DNA of 64,000 nt from Octopus vulgaris (Eukaryota): NCBI GenBank assembly GCA_951406725.2, contig OX597825.1, forward strand, positions 69,812,001 through 69,876,000, given 5' to 3'. Position 1 is the stretch's first letter, and every line of letters starts with the position of its first letter. The notes beneath the pieces are model-generated. The model was given only the letters and a program-made list of their open reading frames with translations. It did not search any database and had not been told where the DNA came from. Shown in pieces: positions 27,615 through 41,910 of the stretch. Both the position numbers and the translations under genes were made by a program.

Positions 27615-29445
27615 GTATATGTCTATAGATTGGTAAGCACATGTATGTGCTCACGCTTATGCATCCATGTTTTGGTTTTTATGTAATGCAATATATTTGA
27701 CTGAAAACAAAAGAAAAGCAAATGGACTGTAGTCAGGAATTATGCTGTGCATTCATCAATCGATGCCTTGTGTAGATACACAATTGAGATATTTCTTGTA
27801 TAACAAGCTTTGTAGATAGTCGTAAAACAATCAATTCATGTTTATAGCTTGTTTTGAATTGATTCAATGCAAAATGAAAACAACATTGCCTTGTGATAGA
27901 CATTTGGTTTGGAGATAATCATTACCATTGTCGTTGTCGTCGTCATCGTCATCTTCATAAACGTAATCATGACCATCTTCCATCATTATTCTCCTCTTTC
28001 TCCACTTCCTCATCCTCTTGGTCATCATCATCATCATCATAATCATCATCATCATCACCATCACCATCACCATCACCACCATCATCATCATCATCATCAT
28101 CACCATCATCATCACTATCATCATCATCATGACCACCGCCCCTCCCCCCACCATAATTACCATCATGACGTATCGTCCGCACCCAGTAGATTGGAAATCA
28201 TGGATCGCCACTTCAGTCTTCCTTATTGTGTACTTATCCTATTTCGATGGTGGTGGTGGTGGTGCTAGTAATGGTTGCCATAAAGGGTATAACCCCCCAA
28301 ATTGGAATAACCCCCACCGCCCTGTGTTTCTATTGTTTATTCCTTTGTTTATTTATTTTATTTATTTGTCTATCAGTATCTCAGTCACAGCTTCTGGAAG
28401 ATGTTATTCGTTTACTTTTTTTTCAAGTTGCAAACTTTTAAATCTGTTTTCTAAATATCCAATAATTGATACTATCCATCAAATTAATTCTTGCTTTTTC
28501 CACCTTCATTTACGCATTCTGTTAACAATTATCTGCTAAAACAATATTTTCATTAAGTGTCCAAAATATCTTAGTTTTCTATTATATATGATGTGGAATA
28601 GGATTTTGTGGGTATAGTGTTTTCTTTAAGAAACACCAAATTTCTAAATCTCCCGTAGAGACATGTACGGTGGTGGGGCGATAGAATGGTTGTATACTGT
28701 CAATCTAACACGAACGTGACAGTAGGGGGGTACTGTCATGATGGTAATTATGGTGGGGGGGGGGGGCGGTGGTCATGATGATGATGATAGTGATGATGAT
28801 GGTGATGATGATGATGATGATGATGGTGGTGATGGTGATGGTGATGATGATGATTTCAATTGGTTTTGCTTTCAATCCTCTTGGCATCGACGAAATAAGT
28901 ACCTATTTCTTTATTACCCACAAGGGTAATAAATTTCAATTTGGCGGAATTTGAAGTTTGAACTTGCAGACAGACGAAATGCCGCTGGGCATTTAAACCG
29001 GCGCGCTAAGGATTCTTGCCAGCTCGCCGCCTTGAACACAACGAACATATAATAATAATCGTACTATTCTGATTTCGATATTAATGTATTTCTTTCTCAT
29101 TGAGTTGAGCTGGCAGAATCGTCAGCATGTCGGGCAAAATATTTAGCGGCATTTCGCCCGTCTTCGCTTCATGTCCTTTGTGCAAATTTGCGACAAGAAC
29201 GAATTTACATTTCATCCTTTGGAAGGGCGATAAAATAAGTACCATTCGATGACTGGGGTCGAGATAATCGAGTTACTCTCTACTCCGAAATCACTAGCTT
29301 TGTGCTAAAATTCGAAGCCAATATTAATAGATTTCTTGTATGATTTTATTGTTTTGTACTCATTACAATGTTACTTGTCATTTGACTGATATCTTTGTAA
29401 ATATACCATTGCCACCATAGAGAAATAGCCCCAATCAATAATAAA

Positions 29446-29482
<37 letters not shown>

Positions 29483-29617
29483 CTTTGTTATATATATATA
29501 TATTTATATACATATATATACACACACACAATTATTAACTTCCAAATCTCCATTTTCCTTTTCTTTGATATATATATATATATATATATAATTGTTTAAT
29601 AGTGGTTTTCTCTAAAT

Positions 29618-29674
<57 letters not shown>

Positions 29675-29813
29675 ATTCCGAATGGTTAGCTCTCTCAACC
29701 ATTCTTTTGATTTTCTACTATATTTTAAGAAGCTTGCTTCTCAACCACATGGGTCTGAGTAAATCTTCGCTGGCCTTGACCGAGTGACATTTACTGTAGC
29801 CTATAACTTATAT

Positions 29814-30102
29814 CATCGTGATCACCGTGACTGACCAGGCTATCAGATGTTGCTACACATCGCTGGTCACAATGCGCTTCGCATTGTTTTAGCCTTCAAA
29901 TGACGCCACTCCGCTGTCTAGGCGAGCAGGCCAACAGAAGAAAGAGTGAGAGAAAGTTTTGGCGAAAGAGTACAGCAGGGATCGCCACCACCCTTTAGGT
30001 GTTTCCGCTCAATAAACACTCACAGCGCCCAGTCTGGAAATCGAAACCGCGATCCTACCACCGCGAGTCCGCTGCCCTAACCACTGGGCCATTGCGCCTC
30101 CA
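29814..30102 (-). mobile_element. OR-type SINE, tail variant B
   Basis: 12-bp TSD TATAACTTATAT at 29802-29813 and 30103-30114. Confidence 0.9.
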
Positions 30103-31263
30103 TATAACTTATATATAGTAGTCAAACTATTGAACCGAAATCCAGTTAGCCACAATGCGGTACTTCTTAACCAGACAGCAATGCCTTCGCCAGTTCATCA
30201 TACGGCTATATACTTTTGATACTTCATTCAACTGCCATTGTTAGCTCTCTCAAACATTCTTTTGAGTTTCTACTTGACATTTTCCTATTTTATCAGTTTA
30301 TTCATTCGTGCGATATTTTCTTCGATGTTCAAAATTTAGGCTTCTCTCAATTATGATATTTTTTTGGCGACAGTGGTTTCTTGTTGATATTGTGAAGATT
30401 GTTTTAAATGATCGTAACTACTTGATTTCGAGTTGCTTTCTGTTGAGGCGCCCCGGGCCTAATAATGCCTTGTGAATTTAATGCCCGTCATATACATGCA
30501 TACATTCAATCATACAGATATACATACTTACATACATATGCATGCGCACATTTATACAGACGTATACACATGTATATATATATATATATATACAGGTATG
30601 TATATATGGGTGAGTGTTGTTTTGTGTTTGTATTTCTTTGTTTGATAGTCTACGTGTTCATAATCCGATGATGTATTTTTTTGCGCCCCTTAAAGCTAGC
30701 GTCTCGGCAAAAGCTTCCCGATAAATTAACTCTCAGATTGAACATAATACTCTGGTCGATTCGCACGACTAACTCTACAAAGTGGTGCTCCAGCATGACG
30801 GCAGTCTAATAAATATAATAATTAAAATATTTTAACTTGCATTCTATGTATTTGGGGTGATATTAACCTGCATCTAGTGGTAAGGCTCAGGACTTGTTCG
30901 GGGCATGGAGTCAGCCCTTAATCACCATTACTGTCAGGTCGATTTTAACCTAGAATGTGAGGCCCCCATCTATGGATTAAATAAAATTTTTCAAGGGTAG
31001 ATTGAACTCCTTAGCTGCAGTGAAAGCAATCATTCTAGAAGAAGAGCTCCAAAATTAATACTCACTTTCAACATACCATAAGTCGGCACCGAGGAATATG
31101 TCAGATAAAACTAACATGAAGTATGTCCAATAACATAGATTCACACTTTAGAGGCAACTATATCTTGTTTATTGCGCATTCTACTGCAGGTGGTGATAGC
31201 GAGAAAAGATAAATAGCAATGCATTCTGCGTAAAGGACCATAATTTATTATTACTAGGCCATA

Positions 31264-31575
31264 TGGAGGCACATGACCTAGTGGTTAGAGCAGCAGACTC
31301 ACGGTCGAGGGATTGCGCGTTCGAATCTCAGACCGGGAGATGTGTGTGTTTATGAGCGGAACACCTAAGCTCCACGCGGCTCCGGCAGAAGATTATGGCG
31401 AACTTCTGCTGACTCTTTCGCCACAAATTTCTCTCACTCTTTCCTCTTCCATCTTGCAGCTCACCTGTGATGGACCGGCGTCCCGTCTAGGTGGAGAACC
31501 TATACGCCAAGGAAACCGGGAAACCGGCTCTTATGAGCCAGGTATGGCTAGAGAAGAAACAAACAAGGAACAAAC
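31264..31575 (+). mobile_element. OR-related SINE, variant D
   Basis: tRNA-like head GGAGGCACATGACCTAGTGGTTAGAGC and body CCTGTGATGGACCGGCGTCCCGTC. A second copy lies at 57425-57711 (-). Confidence 0.82.
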
Positions 31576-32959
31576 ATAATCTGTCTAGGATTACACTAGA
31601 GCGACCTGAAATATAGTGCCTTACGCAAGGACACAATTAACCAGCGGTCTCAGAATCAAACCTTTGACCTTGAAACTGACTCTTTAACCAATAGGCCACG
31701 CTCCTTCACTAAAAGAAAATATGAAAATATATCTTTAACATCCTAAAATGTCTTGAAGTCTTAAGAATATTGATTTTCACACCATGCATACCGCAATATA
31801 TTTTCATATAGATGAAGGGGATTATAATATTCTTCAGTGAACGTAGCATAAAAATTCTGCACGGTTCAATGCCAAAATTAGTGAATTATGGTAATTAGAA
31901 TATGCAAAGCTTGGAGAGATGTTTGTGATGAATGAATTTATGAAGACGTTAACGCTGCTGTAACACATAAAATTTTAATTAGTTGACTCAAATAATTGTG
32001 AGTAAAAGAAGTTATATGGAGAACACCTGTAGAAAAATGAAAAATACCTAACAAAACCTAATCAATCATCAAAGAGAAAAAACAAACAAAAAAACAAAAG
32101 AGAGGACCGGAGAGAAAACATAGGCAATGTCTTTAAAAGATACGACCATTAGTTCATAAAGAAATTCGTGGGGAAACTCTGAAATAATTTTGTTAACCAA
32201 GAAGTTAACCAAGAAATAAGATATGTGGAAGTCAATAAAATATCGGTTTGGTAAGAATGGGGGGAGCATCTTCACAATATGTTTCGTCCAGTATAGCGAT
32301 GCTCATTTACGTTCGTATTACATCAATTGCACGGTGAGTTTTTACAACCTTTTTACAATCCGTCTTTACAACCTTGTAAATTTGGTAATACACCGGAAAA
32401 AATGTTTAGGGACATTTATTCCGGGTTTACGTTCCTAGTTAAAATTCAGTTATTTTTTAAAAATTAGATACATTCATTTGTTTAATTCTCATATATATAT
32501 ACATACATACAAGTATGTATATGTGGGTGAGTGTTGTTTTGTGTTTGTATTTCTTTGTTTGACAGTCTAAGTGTTCATAATCCGATAGTGTTTTTTTTGC
32601 GCCCCCTAAAGCTAGCATTTCGTCAAAAGAATCCTGCTAAATTAACTCTCAGATTGAACATCTGGTCGATTCGTACGACTAACTCTACAAAGTAGTGCTC
32701 CAGCATGACGGCAATCTAATAAATAAAACAATTAAAATATTCTCATTCTCATTCTCATTCATTTTCACCGTTTTATAAATATTTTTTTTTATTCGACTAA
32801 AAATTCTTCAAGGCGGTTTCCCAGCGTGGCTACTGTCTAATGACTGAATCAAAGAAAAGATAAAGAAAAATAAACAGTATTAACAAAAGTAACCAATACA
32901 AATATGCATTGTATACAGTATAAGAGGTAAAAGGATTGGAACAAATTAGGATAGTGGTG

Positions 32960-32998
<39 letters not shown>

Positions 32999-33285
32999 TA
33001 CGACAAGCTTCTTTAAGTTTTTGTCTACCAAATCCACTCACATGGTACTGATTGGCCCGAGGCTATAGGAAAAAAACAATACCCAATGTGCCACGCAGTG
33101 GAACTGAACCTAGTACCACGTGGTTGGAAGAGAAGCTTCTTATCACACGGCTACGTCTGCGACTATACCATATTTACTTTTGTTTTAATCAGTCCGTTCT
33201 GTGTAATCACACCCAACATTTTATGTGCGTGTTTGTAATATCCTCATGTTCGCTCATAGTCCGAGAGTCGAAAAAGTATCTAATA

Positions 33286-33535
33286 TTCTTCTTCTTCTTC
33301 TTCTTCTTCTTCTTCTTCTTCTTCTTCTTCTTCTTCTTCTTCTTCTTCTGCTTCTTCTTCTTCTTCTGCTTCTTCTTCTTCTTCTTCTTCTTCTTCTTCT
33401 TTTCTTCTTCTTCTTCTTATCATTATCATTATTATTATTGTTGTTGTTGTTGTTGTTGTTGCTGTTGTTATTGTTGTCGTCGTCGTAGTCATTGTCATCA
33501 TCATCATCATCATTATTGTTGTTGTTGTTGTTGTT
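33286..33535. repeat. Compound trinucleotide microsatellite (CTT>TAT>TGT>CGT>CAT>TGT)
   Basis: Direct reading. Confidence 0.95.
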
Positions 33536-34061
33536 AATATATCATGAAAAAATCTCAGCTTTATTTTGCTGAGCATGATGGAAAATGTGAAGGTGTTTTA
33601 CAGCCAGCAGACTAAGGTGGCACTTGCTTACTGATTATGCTTCAAGAATCATGTGGAGAACTACTTGCAGTTCAAAACAGTGATGGTTTTTGTAGGTGTT
33701 CTCTCTTTACATTCATTCCAATCTGTTTGAGCTGCGTTGGTAGTTGAGTGCTGATACATACGAGTGCACCAACCACTATTGCTATCACGCCCACTTTCTT
33801 CATTGCCCACAACCTGCGTAATTCCCACCTCAATTCACCTCAATTCATCATAATTGTTCACCTTTCTTCTTTCTCTTCAATTCTGTTGATACCAGGACAT
33901 GTTTTGTCACTTTTTAGTATTTTTTCTTTTCTGTTAACTACTGCAATGTCAGGTTTTCAATATTTAATTTGATGGCCACACAGAAGCATTGCTAACAGAA
34001 TTCTTAGCACACCGATTAAAATGTATAACGACATTGCTCACCTTGTGCCAATGTTTGAAAG

Positions 34062-34103
<42 letters not shown>

Positions 34104-34272
34104 TACTACTACTACTACTACTACTATTATTATTATTATTGTTACTACTACTGCTATTATTATTATTATTATTATTTTATGTTTGACTTTTGCTTTACAT
34201 TTGTACAAGCTGACTCCAAGTCTCACTCAGAGACCTCAAGAGACAACAAGTTGGAAGTTCATGTTATTATTA

Positions 34273-34338
<66 letters not shown>

Positions 34339-34897
34339 TTAGATTAATATTAGTCATTTAAATTTCTCTAAAATCTCTTACTTTTAGATTTTTTTTTTAT
34401 CCTATAAATTGTCACACATCACTCATTACTAATTTGGTGTAGGATAACTGGTCTGAGCTTTCTGCAAGAGATTTTGCCTTAATTTTTTGATATAATTTCC
34501 AATAATTCCAAAAATTAATTCATTTGATTTATTTAAAAATGACGTATACGTTATATTATGTAAACGCTGTTTCATTTGTGTACCATATGCCTTTGTATTA
34601 TATACGGCAAGGCGTTTGTGATTCCCAATATAAAGTTTTAGCTCCTTGTTTCCATCATTTCAAGATACCTGGAGTGAATATATTCTCTACGTTCTGATTA
34701 TCTTTTGTTCCAAATCTTTAGTTTCCCCATTTCATTGGAAGATAGTGTCGTCACTGGGAAGTGATAAGTCATTTCACTGATGGTGTTTAACAATAATACC
34801 TGCACGAATTTCCTTTACACACCAGCCTCTGTGAATTATCGCCTTCTAATGTGTTGTTACTTTGCCATTCTATGACAGGAATATGCCATAATATTCT

Positions 34898-34898
<1 letters not shown>

Positions 34899-34940
<42 letters not shown>

Positions 34941-34975
34941 TGATGATGATGATGAAGATGATGATGATGATGATG

Positions 34976-35015
<40 letters not shown>

Positions 35016-35087
35016 TGATGATGATGATGATGAAGATGATAATGATGATGATGATGATAATAATAATAATAATAATAATAATAATAG

Positions 35088-35168
<81 letters not shown>

Positions 35169-35197
35169 TGAAAATGATGAAGATGATGATGATGATG

Positions 35198-35237
<40 letters not shown>

Positions 35238-35347
35238 TGATGATGATGATGATGATGAAGATGATAATGATGATGATGATGATAATAATAATAATAATAA
35301 TAATAATAGTGATGATGATGATGATGAAGATGATGATGATGATGATG

Positions 35348-35380
<33 letters not shown>

Positions 35381-35416
35381 GTGATGATGATGATGATGAA
35401 GATGATGATGATGATG

Positions 35417-35459
<43 letters not shown>

Positions 35460-35488
35460 TGAAGATGATGAAGATGATGATGATGATG

Positions 35489-35519
<31 letters not shown>

Positions 35520-35548
35520 TGAAGATGATGAAGATGATGATGATGATG

Positions 35549-35582
<34 letters not shown>

Positions 35583-35617
35583 TGATGATGATGATGATGA
35601 TGAAGATGATAATGATG

Positions 35618-35671
<54 letters not shown>

Positions 35672-35713
35672 GTGATGATGATGATGATGAAGATGATGAT
35701 GATGATGATGATG

Positions 35714-35768
<55 letters not shown>

Positions 35769-35797
35769 TGAAGATGATGAAGATGATGATGATGATG

Positions 35798-35837
<40 letters not shown>

Positions 35838-35866
35838 TGAAGATGATGAAGATGATGATGATGATG

Positions 35867-35897
<31 letters not shown>

Positions 35898-35992
35898 TGA
35901 TGATGATGAAGATGATAATGATGATGATGATGATAATAATAATAATAATAATAGTGATGATGGTGATGATGAAGATGATGATGATGATGATG

Positions 35993-36044
<52 letters not shown>

Positions 36045-36061
36045 TAATAATAATAATGATG
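34899..36061. repeat. About 1.16 kb (AAT)n/(GAT)n compound microsatellite with higher-order periodicity
   Basis: Alternating AAT and GAT blocks with recurrent GAA and AGT marker triplets. Confidence 0.97.
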
Positions 36062-36348
36062 CTAGTATTGTTTTAAGTTATTTCTTTGATTTTGGCATAT
36101 TTTCCGGAGATAGTAAAACTCCAATGCCGCTATACGTGTATGGTTGTATATTTCATTTTGCCGAAGACTTGTCAGTTAGATACTGCATGATTGAATGTTT
36201 ATCTACAGGTTCCACATATTCTGCATATAAAAATAATTTTTGTATTTCACACCAGTCCATGTGGTTTGTACATATATGTACATACATTCATTTATTCAGA
36301 CAAACAAATGCAAACACACGCATACACACACACGCACACACACACACT

Positions 36349-36388
<40 letters not shown>

Positions 36389-36513
36389 CGTATGTGTGTG
36401 TATGTATGTATGTACGCATGCATGTGAATACTTTGGTATTCTGTGGTAATAAGAAACATATTCTGTGTGTGTCAGCTTTGAGACCTGCACCTTTCTCACA
36501 CTCATCATCATCA

Positions 36514-36554
<41 letters not shown>

Positions 36555-36564
36555 TTTATTATTA

Positions 36565-36616
<52 letters not shown>

Positions 36617-37519
36617 GTTATTATTATTATTATTATTATTGCATTCCATCCACTTTAGTTTCTGTAGAATTTGACAGATATTGACGTTGCATTGGAATTT
36701 CTTGCCATCGTTTTTCGCAACACAGCTTGTAATTTCATTTCCAAGCTGCTCTTTCGTTTCTTTTTCAAACAATATCTTTTACCGTTTATCCGTCCGTTCC
36801 AAAAGTGTCTATCCTCTCAAAAATTGCTTTGATTCACTGCCATTCTTAACAAAAGAATTATTTTCTGTTACTGTTAATCATTATGTCCTTTTACAATGGT
36901 AATTCTTTATTCTTTGCTTTATACACATGCTCCTATTACATATTTTTCAAATAATTTACTAGTTACAGAGAACCCCGACTATCTTGCATTTGTAACAAAT
37001 ATTATATTACCATGAGGGTGTAGAAGCAGTTATTCGTTCAAGTTATTCATTATTATTTCATTCAAGTGCTAAGGAAATATTTTTTCTGTTAATAAATAAA
37101 ATATTCGGAAGAATTTGTATATTAGTCTTTCAAATTTATTTAGTATTAGGTTATGATTTTAGTTATTGAACAACTACACCATGGCTCCTGTTACTTTGCT
37201 TGGAGCATTTGGTTGTTTTGCTCATTATCTCAATGAGTTTATAATATTCTCTCTTAATACGTCGAAAAAATGTTTTTCCACCTATTTGTGCTCTGAGATC
37301 AAATAACAGCGAGGTCGTCTTCCCAGTTCACTTTTCTGGGATCGTTAAAATATATACCAGTTGAGCACTTTGAGCTGCAAGTAGTTCTCCACAGGATTCT
37401 TGAAGCATGATCAGTAAACAAGTGCCACCTTAGTCTGCTGGCTATAAGCAGCTGACACTTTCGATCATACCCAGCAAAATAAAGCTGAGATTTTTCATGA
37501 TATATTAATAATAATAATA

Positions 37520-37856
37520 AGGGGGAGCATCATAGCCGTGTGTTGAAAGAAATTCTTGGAGGTTTGGATAATTCACCTTTGGAAACATGGGCGTTTCGTT
37601 TAACATCCTTAAATAACCCTTATTCAGGGACCTTTTGAGCGGGATGGGCTACTCGACCAGAAGAAAAATTCTAACTGGGCTTCACCTGCAAGGTCATGCG
37701 CAGTTTTTCTTGATATGAGATCACCATGTCGCGCACATATGGTTGTGATGCAAGTGCCTAGTGTACCCTTTTCAGACGGGTAGTCATGATGGGTATACTG
37801 GGCTTCGTATATTTTACCCCAGTGTCACTTTGATGGTATGCACTGCTCTCTCACTC

Positions 37857-37858
<2 letters not shown>
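37520..37858 (+). mobile_element. Probable retroposon 3' fragment embedded in (AAT)n
   Basis: Complex-sequence island flanked on both sides by AAT repeats, ending CTCTCTCACTC-(AAT)n. Confidence 0.5.
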
Positions 37859-37948
<90 letters not shown>

Positions 37949-37951
<3 letters not shown>

Positions 37952-38122
37952 AAATAGGGGCTACAATAAGGACGGAGCACTTGCAGAAAATAGCACTGCT
38001 TGGAACCGTTCGAATACTCCGGATGGTGCTCAAAACATAAGAGGTGTTACCTTAGTTCACTGATAGCGAACAGCTGCACCGTAGTACATCTCCAGCTTTA
38101 GAAGACGTGCAAAGAAAATGAA
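37949..38122 (+). mobile_element. R4/Dong-clade LINE 3' end adjacent to (TAA)n
   Basis: Reads ATIRTEHLQKIALLGTVRILRMVL, the LQKxxLLGTxRILRxVL C-terminus of R4/Dong elements. Confidence 0.75.
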
Positions 38123-38579
38123 TATTATCATTATCATTATCATTATCATTATCATTAATATTATTATTATTATCATTATTATTATTGTTGTTGTTGTTGT
38201 TTTTGTTGTTGTTGTTGTTGTTGTTGTTGCTGCTGCTGCTATTGTTATCAAGGCGATGAGCTGGCAGAGTTATTAGCACGCGAGGCAAAATGCTTAGGGA
38301 CATTTCGTCCGTCTCTACGTTCAGAGTTCAAATTCTGTCGGGATCGATTTTGCATTTCCAGGCAGATAATATTAGCGCCAGAGGATCACTGGAATCGATA
38401 TAATCGATTGGCCTCCCTCCCCTAAAATTTTCTGTCTTCTGCCTATAGCGAAAACGATTATTATTTGTCATTCTTCTTATCATTATATTCATTAGCATCT
38501 TCATTTAATGCTGTTTCCATTTTTGCCGTGTTTCTTCCTGTCACCTAGGGCAAAGAAACATACTCTATACATTAGACAT

Positions 38580-38993
38580 CATCATCATCATTGTTCGACC
38601 GTGGTCGAGACAATGGAATTTACCATGCTACGCCAGACTTCGCGGTCCATCATGGCATTACGGAGGTCCAGTTGCTGGATGCCTGTATCCCTGGAGATTA
38701 CATCAGAGTAGGAGAGTGTGCGCCCTCTGGTATTGCGAGTAGATGGCTTCCAGAGGAGAAGAGTAGAAATTACCTCATTTTCAGCTCTACAACAATGTCC
38801 AGCAAACTGAACTCTCCTACCTTTCACAAGAGATGACACAGATGGTAGTTTCCCATATATTTGCATTTTGGTTGGATGGCGCTTCCACGAGAGATTTTGA
38901 GCTCTCATAAGGAGGCGAGTGTAGGTTCCATCCAACCGCCTCTCAAGCTTCTTTGATAACGTCCAGGTTTCAAAGCCACAGTCGAACCAATTC
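38580..38993 (-). mobile_element. 5'-truncated RTE-clade LINE with open C-terminal ORF and (TGA)n tail
   Basis: GFETWTLSKKLERRLDG...RRVQFAGHCCR...AMMDREVWRSMV*. 12-bp TSD TACATTAGACAT at 38568-38579 and 38994-39005. Confidence 0.9.
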
Positions 38994-39199
38994 TACATTA
39001 GACATAGGTGTGTGAGTAAAAGGTTTACTTCACAAGCAGGTTGCTTTACATGCGATGCTACTGCTAAAAACATTAGGTAAACGTTGCCTACTATAATTTC
39101 GAGGGTAATATCTTGTGAATGAATTTCGTAGTAGGAATTTGAGAGCTTCAGATGTTGAGTGGTTGATTAAATCAAATATGGCATAGTAAGCCCTATAAA

Positions 39200-39310
<111 letters not shown>

Positions 39311-39354
39311 TGCATACACACACACACACACACAAACATATACAGAAATATATA

Positions 39355-39480
39355 GTTCTGTCTTCCAAAGAGAGTAGGCTCGAAGCACAAAAGATCTTTC
39401 TATTCTTTCCAACCGTTAAACAAACACACCTGCTTGTTGTTCCGTCACCTGTCTGCAATTTTTCTGTAAATTTGAACTGT
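39355..39480 (+). mobile_element. Decayed PLE terminal fragment, same family as 49817-49945
   Basis: AAGAGAGTAGGCTCGAAGC...TAAATTTGAACT-(TA)n is colinear with 49828-49945. Confidence 0.6.
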
Positions 39481-39569
39481 ATATATATGTATGTATGTAT
39501 GTATATATATATGTGTGTGTGTGCGTGTGTATATAAATATATATATTAAAATGAGTTGAAGTTCATTCA

Positions 39570-39653
<84 letters not shown>

Positions 39654-40381
39654 GGTCCGGATTCGTTAACCACAGTAATAGGATAATACATGGAGTAAAT
39701 TAATTTATTATATGAAGGAGTTTACTTTAACTCATTTTTTAATGTTATGCACATCATTTGTCACCCTCTGTGTGAATTTAGGAGAGAAAACTCCACAGTG
39801 ATGGTTTGGGCCAGCTTCCCAATCTTAGTTAACTTATTTCGTGCAAATTTCATTCGGAAAGCGGGAAAGACTCAGCATGGCCCTCCCTCAACATTTCGCT
39901 AAAAGATACTAGCAAAAAGGAAATCAAGTCGAGCGACCACATACATATAGCTATAGGATTTAAAGATAACTATGAACTTAAAAGAAAAATAAAGAACTAC
40001 ATTCAAGGCATGCAGTACAGTACATTTGTATACATACACTCACACGCACACACATACATACATATATATACATACATACATACATACATACATACATACA
40101 TACATACATACATACATACATACATACATACATACATACATACATACATACATACATACATACATACATACATGCATACAGAAGGTTCACCTAATAACTT
40201 TTTTCCCCGAAGATTGCTTGAAAAGTGGCCCCAGCTCCGAAATATTCAAATATATAGTAAAAGTACAAATCGTCAACTTGAATTATTTCTTATAACTTAC
40301 ATTCTTTTGCTTTTAAAAGATATTAAACACATCTTCTAATCCATTGATTCATGCAGATATTAGCACCCTGCTGTATATATG

Positions 40382-40434
<53 letters not shown>

Positions 40435-40536
40435 GCATATACATGTATACATATATGTATATATACGTATATATATATATATATATACATAAACACATAA
40501 ATGTGAAACAAGGTATATCAAATACCAGTGGTAGAG

Positions 40537-40610
<74 letters not shown>

Positions 40611-40819
40611 ACAGATATATATATATATATATATGATATATATATATATATATATTATTGATGAGATACATATCTAACTCTTAGAAACTTGTAAATATTC
40701 AGCACCAACGCACCATGAAATTATAGTCATTCTGTTTGTACCATGAAATCGAAATGAGTATAACACACACACACAAACGCAAGCGCACGCATACGTATAT
40801 ACATATACATACACACACA

Positions 40820-40878
<59 letters not shown>

Positions 40879-41267
40879 TATATATATATGCGTACAAACA
40901 TCTATTTATTTCCTTTTCATATTACAAAATGGCTATATTTTCATGCTGCTTTACCACCGTGTGATTACTTCTTGATTTTATTTCTCATGATTATCACAAC
41001 TTTAGCTTTCTACCAACGTCTAAACAGACACTCTATAGTGTTTTCGTCAGTTTTTCTTTGCTATTTGTATATTTTTATAAAAGTAACTAAAGCCAATTTC
41101 TTATGATATCGTTGGGAATCTTAGAATTTCTTATGATCAGATGTTAATTAGCTTTCAAAATATATATTCTGCCCAGTCAAGTTTATAACCGTGTTCTTGT
41201 TATATACATACAGTTATTTAAAATATGTAAATCAATTTTGTTAAATGTGCATTATGTATAAATGATT

Positions 41268-41672
41268 AGGCGCAGGAGTGGCTGTGTGGTAAATAGCTTG
41301 CTTACTAACCACATGGTTCCGGGTTCATTCCCACTGCTTAACACCTTGGGCAAGTGTCTTCTACTATAGCCTCGGGCCGACCAAAGCCTTGTGAGTGGAT
41401 TTGGTAGATGGAAATTGAAAGAAGCCCGTCGTATATATGTATATATATGTAAGTGTGTGTGTATGTTTGTGTGTCTCTGTTTTCGCTCCCCCAACATCGC
41501 TTGTTTACGCTTGTTTACGTCCCCATAACATTGCGGTTCGGCAAAATAGACCGATAGAATAAGTACTAGGCTTACAGAGAATAAGTCCTGGGGTCGATTT
41601 TCTTGACTAGAGGTGGTGCTCCAGCATGGGTGCAGTAAAAAAATGACTGAAACAAGTAAAAGAGTAAAAGAG
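41268..41672 (+). mobile_element. Full-length SINE family K
   Basis: Head GGCGCAGGAGTGGCTGTGTGG, CORE-like CACCTTGGGCAAGTGTCTT, internal TA/TG microsatellite, 3' AAGTAAAAGAG. Confidence 0.88.
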
Positions 41673-41910
41673 CAGATTAGTAATACTTTTTTCCTGTGTG
41701 AAACAACGACACGGAAAGTTTTAGAGAAGATTACATACTATTTACCTCCTTGCGTCCTTTAAGTAGTTTCAAAGGATATCTGATGAGAGAAATATATATA
41801 AAATGGGTTGGACTGGTAATACTGCATGTATACACACGTGTACAAACACACAGTTAGTCACACGGACATACACATTGAAACATATATACACACGCACATA
41901 TATATATATA

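Noticed and set aside
34937-36076. 379-aa Met/Ile ORF
   Set aside because: Pure AAT/GAT repeat with no exon evidence.
41775-41800. CTGATGAG motif (similar isolated cores near 14803, 40658 and 63283)
   Set aside because: No convincing combination of stem II, GAAA and stem I.
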